Of a DNA stretch of 64,000 nt, positions 18,414 through 27,859 are shown piece after piece; the stretch's first letter is position 1, and every line of letters starts with the position of its first letter. This stretch comes from Candidatus Melainabacteria bacterium 17Bon1m. Its GTDB lineage: Bacteria > Cyanobacteriota > Vampirovibrionia > Obscuribacterales > Obscuribacteraceae. The position numbers and the translations under genes are program-made. The DNA is taken from contig JAVLKG010000011.1 of the NCBI GenBank assembly GCA_032128875.1, positions 128,001 to 192,000 of the forward strand, written 5' to 3'. The notes under the pieces are model-generated. The model did no database searches and had not been told where the DNA came from. It was given only the letters and a program-made list of their open reading frames with translations.

Positions 18414-19046
18414 TCACTCTTTGTCCTGGCATTCCTCATCGGCATTCAGGTCTACAGGCGGTAATTTAGGCATCTCTTGCGGATGAAGGCGGACGAGTGC
18501 CACCTTCTTCATATCGAGAATCAAGCTAGGGCAGCCTGGTGTTGCGGATTTCTGCAGTTCTGCCGCCTTCTTTGATGGCTTGGCGTTGTGCCCCATACCT
18601 TTCTTTGCCAAAACCGGCTTCACATTTTTTAGATGCAGTTTGCCGTCAAGAAGCGCTTCCAGGGTGCCGGTGAATTCCGTGCCTACATCTTGTACTTTGT
18701 CTTTTGCTCTGACAAAAACCTGATGTCCGGCAAATACGAGAAACTCACGCGCGGTCTTTAGCTCTCTTTCGATACCCGGACTCTGTACTTCTAGATAGTA
18801 CGAACCTTCGATGATCGCCGGCTTGTTAGTCTCGGGCTCTAAAACCTCGCCCAGCTGGCGGCTAATTGTTTCACAATCCGACAAACCAACCGATTTTGTA
18901 TGTGAGAAAATCGTCACTTCCACGCTCTTTCTGCGTCCTTGCTGCGTCAGGCGCACATCGACGACTTGAAAGCCCAGCGGGGCGGCGATTTTTTCGGCGA
19001 GCCCTGTCACCTCCAAAATCACATCTTCTGGTTTTCTACTTGTCAT
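18414..19046 (-). CDS. rimP: Ribosome maturation factor RimP
   Basis: VGLSDCETISRQL, YYLEVQSPGIERELK; upstream of nusA. Start uncertain (19046 or 19106). Confidence 0.92.
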   Translation of the reverse strand: MTSRKPEDVILEVTGLAEKIAAPLGFQVVDVRLTQQGRRKSVEVTIFSHTKSVGLSDCETISRQLGEVLEPETNKPAIIEGSYYLEVQSPGIERELKTAREFLVFAGHQVFVRAKDKVQDVGTEFTGTLEALLDGKLHLKNVKPVLAKKGMGHNAKPSKKAAELQKSATPGCPSLILDMKKVALVRLHPQEMPKLPPVDLNADEECQDKE

Positions 19047-19154
19047 TTTTACCGGCTGGCCGATGGTCACACTGAATGCGGCTGTCTCTTGGCTATCGTG
19101 GCGCATCGTGCTGCGGGCGGCTCATACAAGCCAAACACGACAAAGACACCGCCG

Positions 19155-19246
19155 AAATAAAAGAGGGCGTAGGCTTAGGCTTCCTACACGTCTCAATTGC
19201 TTCCCTTGCAAGCCGCTATGTTAGCATACCGGCAGTTTTCAAACAA
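19155..19246 (-). promoter_or_regulatory. rimP-nusA operon promoter and leader terminator-like hairpin
   Basis: Minus strand TTGTTT-N17-(TG)TAACAT at 19246-19218, then a GTGTAGG/CCTACGC stem followed by CCTCTTTTATTT. Confidence 0.55.
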
Positions 19247-19326
19247 TCCGGGACATATGGAGCCGGTCTGGCGCCGGTTTTGCGACTTCAAAAGTATTGA
19301 TTTCCTATCTTCAAAAAGGGGCTAGA

Positions 19327-19836
19327 GTGCCGATTTCTGTCAGTTTTACCAACCAGCAAAAGTATCTGAAGGTGAGCAAGAAAGAGTGGAAAGCCAAGTT
19401 CGACAAGCTTGCAGCCGCAATAATTCGCAATCTTCAGGAGGAGCCACCGCCGCATCTGAAGAAGAAGTGGTTGGCGAAAGTTGCTGAAAGAGGCGTGTTC
19501 AACGTCGTTTTCGTTACTAACGATGAAATCCAGGATTTGAACCGCCAGTGGCGAAACAAGGACGCACCGACCGATGTACTTTCATTCCCGATGGATGCCG
19601 ACGAGCCCCCGCCGGGAGAGCCATGGGAATTGGGCGATGTGATCGTCTCGGTTGAGAGAGCCGATGAGCAGGCTGAAGATTATGGACACAGTCTCGAGCG
19701 AGAGCTGTGCTTCCTCTTTGTGCACGGAGCCCTGCATGTTTTAGGCTTTGATCACGAAACGAAAAAAGAAGAAAAGGAAATGTTCGGGCGGCAAAAGGTT
19801 GTCCTTGATTCTCAAGGAATCAGCCGGGACAAATAA
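19327..19836 (+). CDS. ybeY: rRNA maturation RNase YbeY
   Basis: LNRQWRNKDAPTDVLSF, LGDVIVS, HGALHVLGFDH; start 19327 (GTG) or 19297. Confidence 0.96.
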   Translation: MPISVSFTNQQKYLKVSKKEWKAKFDKLAAAIIRNLQEEPPPHLKKKWLAKVAERGVFNVVFVTNDEIQDLNRQWRNKDAPTDVLSFPMDADEPPPGEPWELGDVIVSVERADEQAEDYGHSLERELCFLFVHGALHVLGFDHETKKEEKEMFGRQKVVLDSQGISRDK

Positions 19837-19920
19837 GGAAACTATATAAACAACTGAGATAGAAGCAATTTCTTCGCTTGCTCGACGTGTTATCTTGCAA
19901 AATGGAAGAGGAATTCTACA

Positions 19921-20430
19921 GTGACCGCAGGAACCGCAACTAAAGCCGCAGAGTCGAATTCTCTAAATTCGGTGTCGTCAAAGAAGGCGAACACTGCGGC
20001 AGTCACAGCAAAACGTGACAGTACATTTGTTGTACCTGCGAGCTGGCAACACAAGACCGGCCGCACCACAAGCATGATCGAGTCTTTCTACCACGCATTT
20101 TCCGGCATTCGGCAGGGCTTGAAAGAGCAGCGCAATCTGCGTATCCATTTCACGCTCTCTGCTCTGGTTGTATGTTTGGGCGTTTTCCTTCATGTAGACG
20201 CGGCGAGCTGGCTGGCGCTGGTGCTTTGCATTGGGCTTGTAATTGGCGCTGAGCTGCTCAATACAGCCATTGAGCACGTAGTCGATTTGACTGCGGGCGG
20301 TGAATATCATCTGGCAGCCAAAAAGGCGAAGGACACAGCAGCAGCGGCTGTTTTGGTGGTCGCTCTGGCGGCATCGGCAGTGGGAGCAATCGTCTTCCTG
20401 CCCAGGCTCTGTGCCTATTTTGGAGTTTAA
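19921..20430 (+). CDS. dgkA: Diacylglycerol/undecaprenol kinase
   Basis: SFYHAFSGI, QRNLRIH, ELLNTAIEHVVD, AKDTAAAAVL; adjacent to ybeY. Confidence 0.92.
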   Translation: MTAGTATKAAESNSLNSVSSKKANTAAVTAKRDSTFVVPASWQHKTGRTTSMIESFYHAFSGIRQGLKEQRNLRIHFTLSALVVCLGVFLHVDAASWLALVLCIGLVIGAELLNTAIEHVVDLTAGGEYHLAAKKAKDTAAAAVLVVALAASAVGAIVFLPRLCAYFGV

Positions 20431-20607
20431 AATGCCCTTTATCGGGCATAACATATAGGTAGGGGTGGCAAAATCAAAACCCCGTCTGGTGCGGCATTTC
20501 ACGGGCTCCGTGGGATTTTTCCCATTGACTGTCCAATCTTCGCTGAGTTATGTATATATGCGAGCACGACTACATAAAGACCTAACCCCTTTGCGAGGTC
20601 CCACCGA

Positions 20608-21795
20608 ATGAGTACGGGTGATTACGATTCCCGTCCAGCAAATCTATATCAGTTTGCGGATGGCAATCAGAACAACCAAGGCGACAGAACTGATATGTAT
20701 CAGTTCAATGGCGGCGACGGACCAAGTCGCTTCCAGGAAGAAGGTTGGAATATACCTCGTGGTCAGACCAAGACCTACGCATTCCCGATGGATAATCAGG
20801 GCTATCCTGTTATCAACAATTACGGGACCGTCAACATTTATATGGCCGGCGGCAACGGTTATGACGACGCCTCATGTCGAGCACAGCAGGCCGCCAAGCT
20901 CAACGACATGATGTCTGGTCGCTATGACAATTACGATGACCGTTATCGTGAGCAATATTCTCCGGACTACAATCGACTGTCCGACTTCAGGCGCCAAGCG
21001 CTGATTCGCGACGGACAACGTATGGATCAGCAATTCCGCGATCAATACGAACGCAGCAGCTATAGACCTGACCCCTATTACGATCGTAGTTTCAACGATT
21101 ACGCATACAGGCGTCCGGGTGGCAACGACGTCAGCTATACGCATGGCGGGCGCGATGGAATCAGCTTCTATAGAAGCGAGCCTTCGTACAACAGCCTTCC
21201 ACCATGGGTCAATGATGACTGCTTCGGTACAGGAAGAGATAGAAATGGCTATCGTATCTTCCAAGATTTGCTGCAGACAGGCTTGTCTTATGACATAGCT
21301 CGCCGACACGCACGCAACGGTGGCGACGACTATTATGGCAGTGGACGCTGGGATCGCGGATACGACAATGCTCGTATGAACCCGATTGAGTACATGTTGT
21401 TGAACAATGCCATTGGTGGCAATCGTTGGGATCGCTATAGCAACCGCTATTACGATAACCGCGATATCAACTACACCCATGGCGGACGCGACGGCTTGTC
21501 CTTCTACAATCAATCGCCATCTTGGGATAGATATGGCTCTGGCAACGCCGGTCTCGGCTTGTTGGAAGACGGACTGAAAACCTATTTGGCATACGACATT
21601 GCCAGACGCTCTGTACCGAAATACGATTCACACAATAACGTAAATTCGTATTATTCAAACAACGATCGCTATTACAACGATCGCTACGAAAATCATCAAG
21701 CGTATGCTCGTGCGCGTCAAGACATCATGTACCAGCGCAACCAGGAGCGTATCGCCTACAATCGTCAAAGAGCATTAGAACGTCGTCAAGGCTAA
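20608..21795 (+). CDS. Low-complexity Y/N/D/R/G-rich protein with an internal duplication
   Basis: 395-aa ORF with GAGG RBS; YTHGGRDG(I/L)SFY and L(S/A)YDIARR each occur twice. Confidence 0.8.
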   Translation: MSTGDYDSRPANLYQFADGNQNNQGDRTDMYQFNGGDGPSRFQEEGWNIPRGQTKTYAFPMDNQGYPVINNYGTVNIYMAGGNGYDDASCRAQQAAKLNDMMSGRYDNYDDRYREQYSPDYNRLSDFRRQALIRDGQRMDQQFRDQYERSSYRPDPYYDRSFNDYAYRRPGGNDVSYTHGGRDGISFYRSEPSYNSLPPWVNDDCFGTGRDRNGYRIFQDLLQTGLSYDIARRHARNGGDDYYGSGRWDRGYDNARMNPIEYMLLNNAIGGNRWDRYSNRYYDNRDINYTHGGRDGLSFYNQSPSWDRYGSGNAGLGLLEDGLKTYLAYDIARRSVPKYDSHNNVNSYYSNNDRYYNDRYENHQAYARARQDIMYQRNQERIAYNRQRALERRQG

Positions 21796-21813
21796 TCGCC
21801 AAAGCGTGAGCCA

Positions 21814-22638
21814 CTAAAGTCCAAAGAATACTGTGCTCGAATCCGGGTTTGCAGAATCTCTGATGATTCTCAACTCTGTGTCGAATGCTGATTGGAGATT
21901 CTCTCTGGTCAAAACGTCTTGAGGCGCCCCAGTGAATAACTGGGTGGACGGACCTTTTGGAGATTTTTTCAAGCAGACTACTTGATCGCACACTTGCGAG
22001 ATGAAGTTCAAATCGTGCAGGCAAGTGATAATAGTCATCCCTTGCGATTTCAAATGCAGCATCAGTTGCATCAAGCTTTTCTGATGTTTGAAGTCGAGAT
22101 GAGCAGTTGGTTCGTCCAGGAGCAAAATTTCCGGCTCTTGTGCAAGTGACATTGCAATCGCCGTCCTCTGACGTTCTCCGCCAGATATCTCAGATACTGA
22201 TTTGCCGCGCAGGTCGCCTAGTTCTGTCGCTTTGATAGCATTCTCCAGAGCTGATTTGTCGTTGTGGTCGGTTCTCCATTGCCACCATTTCTGGTGCGGG
22301 TTTCTTCCCAGCGCAATCATGTCCTCGACGGTCAGCTCTCTTGAATTGGCGATATCTTGCGGTACATAAGCCAGTTTTTTCGCCAGTGATGCCAGCTCAA
22401 GCGAGGAGAGTTCCTTTCCTTCAATAATGACTCTTCCATCAATAGCTGGAATTAGTCTGGCAATTGTTTTCAATAAAGTCGATTTTCCCGCTCCATTGCC
22501 TCCCGCTATTGCCGTCACGGTTCCGCGTTGGACTTTGAGTGAAACACCTTGCACGACCGGTTTTGTATTAAATCCGGCTGAAAGATTTTCGAGTTCGAGA
22601 ACATCAGTGTTTGCAATAGATATGTTCGAATCTTGCAT
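21814..22638 (-). CDS. ABC transporter ATP-binding protein, FecE/FepC/BtuD type
   Basis: GGNGAGKST, ISGGERQR, LLLDEPTAHLD, LHDLN; ATG 22638 overlaps the permease stop codon. Confidence 0.93.
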   Translation of the reverse strand: MQDSNISIANTDVLELENLSAGFNTKPVVQGVSLKVQRGTVTAIAGGNGAGKSTLLKTIARLIPAIDGRVIIEGKELSSLELASLAKKLAYVPQDIANSRELTVEDMIALGRNPHQKWWQWRTDHNDKSALENAIKATELGDLRGKSVSEISGGERQRTAIAMSLAQEPEILLLDEPTAHLDFKHQKSLMQLMLHLKSQGMTIITCLHDLNFISQVCDQVVCLKKSPKGPSTQLFTGAPQDVLTRENLQSAFDTELRIIRDSANPDSSTVFFGL

Positions 22639-23660
22639 CACACGTCCTCTCCTTTGCTCGTTGAGATCAAGTAGAGGAAAAACGGACCGCCGACAAGCGA
22701 GAGTAGCGTCCCGAGCGGAAGTTCTTGTCCTTGGCCGAGCGTGCGCGCGGCGAGATCTGACAGTGTTACGAGGACTGCTCCGATTAATGCCGAAGCGATG
22801 ACCTCTATGCGCTCGTCGCGGACGAATAGCATACGTGCGAGATTCGGTGCAATAAGTCCGACGAAAGCGACTAGCCCGGAAGCAGAAACCGCAGCTCCAC
22901 ACATCAGTACCGCACAGGCTAAAAGCAGCCACTGAAGTTTGGAAACATCGACTCCAAGCGCTTGTGCTGTTTCATCGCCTAATGAAAGAACGCGAATCTG
23001 TTTGCTAAGAAGCAGCGTTGCAATAATACCGCCTATGGTGTACAGCGATAGTGTTCCCAAATCACTCCAACCCCTTCCGGCAATTCCACCTGCCAGCCAG
23101 AAGATAATTCCTTGAGCTTGAGGCGCACCACCTGACTGAGTAATGATGAGCGTTATGAGCGAACCACAGACTGCCGATATCGCTACGCCGCCGAGGATCA
23201 ATCTTGTTACGGAAAGTCCTCCGGCTCGCTTAGCCATTTGAGCGACCAAGAGTGCGGCAGCCAGTCCACCGATGAAAGCGCAGGCCGGCATGAGACTGAA
23301 ATTTAGTCCCAGGATTATTGCAAGCGCCACAGCCAGTCCGGCTCCGCTAGACACTCCCGTCAGGTAAGGATCGGCCAGAGCATTTCTAGACAACGCTTGC
23401 AAAATATAGCCTGACACTGCCAGTGCGGCACCGACTGCGGTGGCAATCAATGTACGCGGCAAGCGAATTTGCGTGAGTATGTCGGCGACCCCAGGTGCTG
23501 ATGCGCTCGAAGTACCGCCCATAATGAGCTCCAGCGCTTCCTTGGGCGCGACGAAGACGTCGCCGATACATACGGACGTGAGAAAGCCAGCAAAAAGTAC
23601 GCCCGTTAGTACTACGAGCTTAAGGGCCATATTTGGTCTGGGGGATGCTGCGCTTGTCAT
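22638..23660 (-). CDS. Iron-chelate/cobalamin ABC permease (FecCD/BtuC family)
   Basis: IRLPRT, RNALADPYLTGVSSGAG, LGDETAQALGV, FVGLIAP, GGPFFLYL. Confidence 0.93.
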   Translation of the reverse strand: MTSAASPRPNMALKLVVLTGVLFAGFLTSVCIGDVFVAPKEALELIMGGTSSASAPGVADILTQIRLPRTLIATAVGAALAVSGYILQALSRNALADPYLTGVSSGAGLAVALAIILGLNFSLMPACAFIGGLAAALLVAQMAKRAGGLSVTRLILGGVAISAVCGSLITLIITQSGGAPQAQGIIFWLAGGIAGRGWSDLGTLSLYTIGGIIATLLLSKQIRVLSLGDETAQALGVDVSKLQWLLLACAVLMCGAAVSASGLVAFVGLIAPNLARMLFVRDERIEVIASALIGAVLVTLSDLAARTLGQGQELPLGTLLSLVGGPFFLYLISTSKGEDV

Positions 23661-23756
23661 TGATTGCTGTACGTTGCAAGTAACGGATGAGATACAGAAT
23701 TCTACATCCTCTTAGGTGCGTGATACTATTTAGCACTTCCAATAGGTGTTACACAC

Positions 23757-24920
23757 GTGGCCATTTATCTGGACAACAGCGCAACTACGCCTGTCAGGCG
23801 TGAAGTAATTGACGAGATGCTTCCATTTTTGGAGAGCGACTTCGGCAATCCTTCGTCGATTCATTCGCACGGAATGAAAGCTGCCTCCGCAGTCAAACTC
23901 TCAAGGGAGCGCGTTGCCGGGCTTTTGGGCTGCATGCCTGCGGAAGTTTATTTCAGTCCCTGTGGCACCTACGCAAACAACGTCGCTATTCTCGGGCGTG
24001 CTCGTTTTGTAGAAGCTAATGATGGCGGCCGCCATCTAATCACGACTTCGATAGAGCATCCCTCAGTAATCGGACCTAGCCAACATTTGGAATCGAGAGG
24101 CTGGCGCGTCACTTATTTGCCTGTAGACAAAGACGGCATCATCGACCTTGAGCAGTTGAAGAATGCAATTTCCAATGACACATCCATAATCTCAGTCATG
24201 TGGGCGAACAACGAGATTGGCTCTCTGCAACCGATCGAACAGATTGCGAAAGTTGCCCAAGAGCGCGGCATCTTTTTCCACACGGACGCCGTGCAAGTGC
24301 CCGGAAAATTGCCGATTGATGTAAGCAAACATTCTACTATTAGCGCTCTGTCTGTCTCCGGGCATAAATTCTATGCTCCGAAAGGTATTGGCGTACTTTA
24401 TTTGAAGCAAGGGGAAAACGTCATGCCTACCGCTTTTGGGGGCGGTCAGGAGATGGGAATACTGCCGGGCACCGAGTCTGTCCCGAATATTGTCGCGATT
24501 GGAAAAGCTGCTGAGCTTGCGGCAAGCGAAGTTTTAGAAACCAGCAAAGCTCTGCGCAATTTGCAGCGTATTCTGCTGGAAAAGCTCATGCCAGTCGAAG
24601 GACTGCGAATCACTGGTCCCTGTGAAATTGAAAAAAGGTTGCCGGGTCATGTCAGTGTGGCGATTTCAGGAGCAGAGGGCGAATCTTTAGTAATGAAGTG
24701 CGACCTCAAAGGAATCAGCGTATCAAGCGGGTCGGCTTGCCACAAAGGGATAATTGAACCTTCCTCTGTATTGCGTGCGCTCAGACTTGCCGAATCCGAA
24801 GCTAGAGGTTCGTTGCGTATCTCTGCTGGACGTTTCAACACCATTGAAGAATGTGAGAAAGCCGCCGATCTAATTGCACAAATTGCCGCCAAGTCAGCTA
24901 AAACAGTCTCGGCAAATTAG
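23757..24920 (+). CDS. iscS: Cysteine desulfurase (IscS/NifS group I)
   Basis: IYLDNSATTP, GNPSS, ANNEIG, HTDAVQ, SGHKFYAPKGIG, SSGSAC. Confidence 0.93.
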   Translation: MAIYLDNSATTPVRREVIDEMLPFLESDFGNPSSIHSHGMKAASAVKLSRERVAGLLGCMPAEVYFSPCGTYANNVAILGRARFVEANDGGRHLITTSIEHPSVIGPSQHLESRGWRVTYLPVDKDGIIDLEQLKNAISNDTSIISVMWANNEIGSLQPIEQIAKVAQERGIFFHTDAVQVPGKLPIDVSKHSTISALSVSGHKFYAPKGIGVLYLKQGENVMPTAFGGGQEMGILPGTESVPNIVAIGKAAELAASEVLETSKALRNLQRILLEKLMPVEGLRITGPCEIEKRLPGHVSVAISGAEGESLVMKCDLKGISVSSGSACHKGIIEPSSVLRALRLAESEARGSLRISAGRFNTIEECEKAADLIAQIAAKSAKTVSAN

Positions 24921-26084
24921 TTAGTCGCTTCCTTTTGGCGCGCGTGGTATTACGCCGCTCACTGTGGCGCCGAGTTCTTTTGCTTTTGCAACATCTTTGA
25001 GCTCAGCTTGAACATTGCCAACCTGCTTGTGAATTTGAGCGCGCAGTAAGTATCCTCGAGCATCTCTGGGGTGCGTTTTCAAATAATGATTAACATCAAT
25101 CATCGCCTGGTGCGCTCGACCCAAGCCAAGATAGGACATTGCGCGTTCTAGAAAAACAGGTACTGTGGAATCTGTTTCTGCCAAACCATAGCGGATTGCC
25201 ATCGTGTAGTCGCTGATGGCATTTTTGTAGTCTTTCATTAATCGATAAACACGACCACGATTGAAATAAATATGCGGAGTGCCATTTTTCCGCTGCGTTG
25301 CTTTATTAAAGTCTGCCAGTGCCGACTTGTAATCACCCATTTCTCCATATGCGCAGCCGCGGCTGTGGTAAGCATATGTGAGCGTCGGGTCCAAGTCGAT
25401 TGCTGTTGTGTAATCGGCAATAGCAGCTTTGTACTCTTTGGTTTTAAATTTAACAGCACCTCTATAAAAGTAAGCGAGCGAATTTTTCTTGTCTTTACTA
25501 ATTGCTGCGTTCAAGTCTTTGAGCGCCTTGTCATAACGATCTAGCTTGAAATACAATCCACCTCGCAATGTGATTGCTTCATTATTGCCGGGTTGTAACT
25601 TCAACGCATGATTGATGTCGTACTCGGCGCCCTGCAATTGCGAGACGCGCAAGAGAATCCGCGCGCGCTTATTGAACAGTTCCACCTTTTGCGGATTGAG
25701 AGTAATCGATTGATTGAGGTCGGCAACAGCACCTTCGTGATTGCGCTCTTCGCTGCGCAAATCCGCCCTCAGTGTGTGCAGGGGTTCGCTTGAACTGTTC
25801 TTTTCAATTGCTGCATTCAGTATTTGTATTGCGCGGTCAGGGTGTCCCGTGCTTTTTTGTTTTAGGGCTTCTTGCAGGCTTTGCTCGTCTTCTTTGCCGT
25901 GAAAATTGGCAATCGGTGCGGCCAGAGCTGCCGGGATAGCTGACGGAATAAAAGGATAGTTCGGGAATGAATAATCTTTCAAAAAGCCTGACTGTGGCTG
26001 CTTTTCTGTTGTTGAAACGGTGAGCGCCGCAAGAACAACAATCGCGAATGGAGCAGTTATTTTCGAAGCACGAATTGCGATCAT
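24921..26084 (-). CDS. Secreted TPR protein
   Basis: Signal-like N-terminus; multiple AY..RG...AIADY..AI.L.P repeats. Confidence 0.85.
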   Translation of the reverse strand: MIAIRASKITAPFAIVVLAALTVSTTEKQPQSGFLKDYSFPNYPFIPSAIPAALAAPIANFHGKEDEQSLQEALKQKSTGHPDRAIQILNAAIEKNSSSEPLHTLRADLRSEERNHEGAVADLNQSITLNPQKVELFNKRARILLRVSQLQGAEYDINHALKLQPGNNEAITLRGGLYFKLDRYDKALKDLNAAISKDKKNSLAYFYRGAVKFKTKEYKAAIADYTTAIDLDPTLTYAYHSRGCAYGEMGDYKSALADFNKATQRKNGTPHIYFNRGRVYRLMKDYKNAISDYTMAIRYGLAETDSTVPVFLERAMSYLGLGRAHQAMIDVNHYLKTHPRDARGYLLRAQIHKQVGNVQAELKDVAKAKELGATVSGVIPRAPKGSD

Positions 26085-26152
26085 AATTGCTCTAATTTAT
26101 GTGAGTTCCCTTGTGTGCTGCGTTATTTTAAGGCTGCGTTATTTACTTGCTG

Positions 26153-27721
26153 CTATGGTTTTGCTTTGCGGAACATATTAGCCAGCATAGCGAAAAGCCC
26201 TTTCGTTTTGCCGACTGGGAACGTGCCATGCAAAAGACCAATGCCGGCTTTTGCGACCTTTACGCGTGAATCGCCATACGGATACCACCACATTCTCTCC
26301 GAGCCTGACGGCGAGTCTATGTTGATATGTTTGATGTTGCAGAGATCTTGAAGTCCAAACTGCGAATGGCTTCTTCCGAAGCCGCTCTTTTTCAGTCCAC
26401 CCCAGGGAAGTTGCGGCGCCGCATGAGAGAAGAGGCAGTCGTTCAACAGCACTGTGCCAACGTTCAGGTCTCTTGCGATACCTTCAGCACGCGCCAAATT
26501 CTTTCCCCACACCGTGGCAGTGAGACCGAATTCACTGTCATTGGCTAGTTCTACAGCTTCGTCCTCTGTGTCTACGACCATAATCGGCAAAACAGGACCG
26601 AAGCTTTCTTTCTGCATGATAGCCATTTTGTGATTGACGCCTGTCAGTATCGTGGGTTCGTAGAAGAAGCCGCCAAGGTCATCTCGGCGGTTGCCACCAG
26701 CGATAACATTCGCTCCCAGAGCACGAGCTTCGTCTACGTGCGCGATTACCTTTTCCAACTGAATTTCATCAATCACCGGTCCCAGGTCGACTGATGGATC
26801 GCCTGGATTGCCCAGCTTAAGCTCTTTTGTGTGATGGACAATTCGTTCGATCAGAGCATCGGTTTTTTTGCCTTTGATCAAATAGAGTCGTTCAATCGAC
26901 GCACATGCCTGTCCTGCATTCGTGAATGCGCCCCAGACAATGCCTCTGGCTGTCCAATCTACCGGCGCATCAGGCAGCACAATGGCAGCGTCTTTGCCGC
27001 CCAATTCCAGAGTGACTGGCGTTAGATGAGGTGCCGCTTGTGCCATCACCTTCATGCCACCTTCAACCGAGCCGGTAAAGATGAGTTTGGCTAATTTGCA
27101 GTTTGAGAGATGCTCTCCGGTTGTGCGGTCACCTGTGATGACACTGACGACATCTTTTGGAAAACCAGCAGCCTCGAAAAGTTCTCCTATTTTGATCCCT
27201 ACCAGGGGTGACTTTTCCGAGGGCTTCAGCACAACCGTGTTGCCGAGCATCACCGCCATCAGAATTGTCATCATTGGAATAGAAAACGGATAATTCCATG
27301 GCGCTATCACGCCAATCACACCCAACGGTTCGAACGCAATCAGGCTTTGCTTGCTGGAAAGCAGCGGATTCGGAAGCTGAACCATCTGGTCTTTCAACAT
27401 TCTCTCGGCGTTTTCACTGAGCCAAACGCAGGTGTCAAGCGGACCGGTAAGTTCGGAGAGGTAGCTTTCCACTCTTGGTTTGCCGACTTCGCGGCAGATG
27501 AGGTCTGCAATCTCATCTTGCTTTCTTTCAATAACTCGGCGCAATTCGAGAATTTTGCGTGCCCGCTTGTGATATTCGAGGACGTTCCAATTCTCAAAAG
27601 CCGCCCAGCTGCGCGCCACGGCAGCTTGAACCTCTGCTTGTCCGAGCACCGGTACTTCACCCAAAACCTCTTTAGTGGCTGGGTTTATAGAAACAATCGT
27701 AGCTGTTTGACTGGCGACCAT
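26153..27721 (-). CDS. NAD(P)-dependent aldehyde dehydrogenase
   Basis: APWNYP, LKPSE, FTGS, LELGGKD, NAGQACAS, ESFGP; start probably ATG 27721. Confidence 0.95.
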   Translation of the reverse strand: MVASQTATIVSINPATKEVLGEVPVLGQAEVQAAVARSWAAFENWNVLEYHKRARKILELRRVIERKQDEIADLICREVGKPRVESYLSELTGPLDTCVWLSENAERMLKDQMVQLPNPLLSSKQSLIAFEPLGVIGVIAPWNYPFSIPMMTILMAVMLGNTVVLKPSEKSPLVGIKIGELFEAAGFPKDVVSVITGDRTTGEHLSNCKLAKLIFTGSVEGGMKVMAQAAPHLTPVTLELGGKDAAIVLPDAPVDWTARGIVWGAFTNAGQACASIERLYLIKGKKTDALIERIVHHTKELKLGNPGDPSVDLGPVIDEIQLEKVIAHVDEARALGANVIAGGNRRDDLGGFFYEPTILTGVNHKMAIMQKESFGPVLPIMVVDTEDEAVELANDSEFGLTATVWGKNLARAEGIARDLNVGTVLLNDCLFSHAAPQLPWGGLKKSGFGRSHSQFGLQDLCNIKHINIDSPSGSERMWWYPYGDSRVKVAKAGIGLLHGTFPVGKTKGLFAMLANMFRKAKP

Positions 27722-27859
27722 CTTGCAATCCTGCATATGCCGGTTCTGCCCACACGCAAAAGAACCGCCCTCTGAATTGTATCTGCCCAATCCTATAAGG
27801 TGTGCCCGGGCAATGCGGTTCATTAGCTGGCTATTTTATCTGAATGCAGCGCCAACGTT

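Noticed and set aside
21814..22932. 372-aa version of the ABC ATPase
   Set aside because: The extension overlaps the permease out of frame; ATG 22638 coupled to the permease stop is the sensible start.
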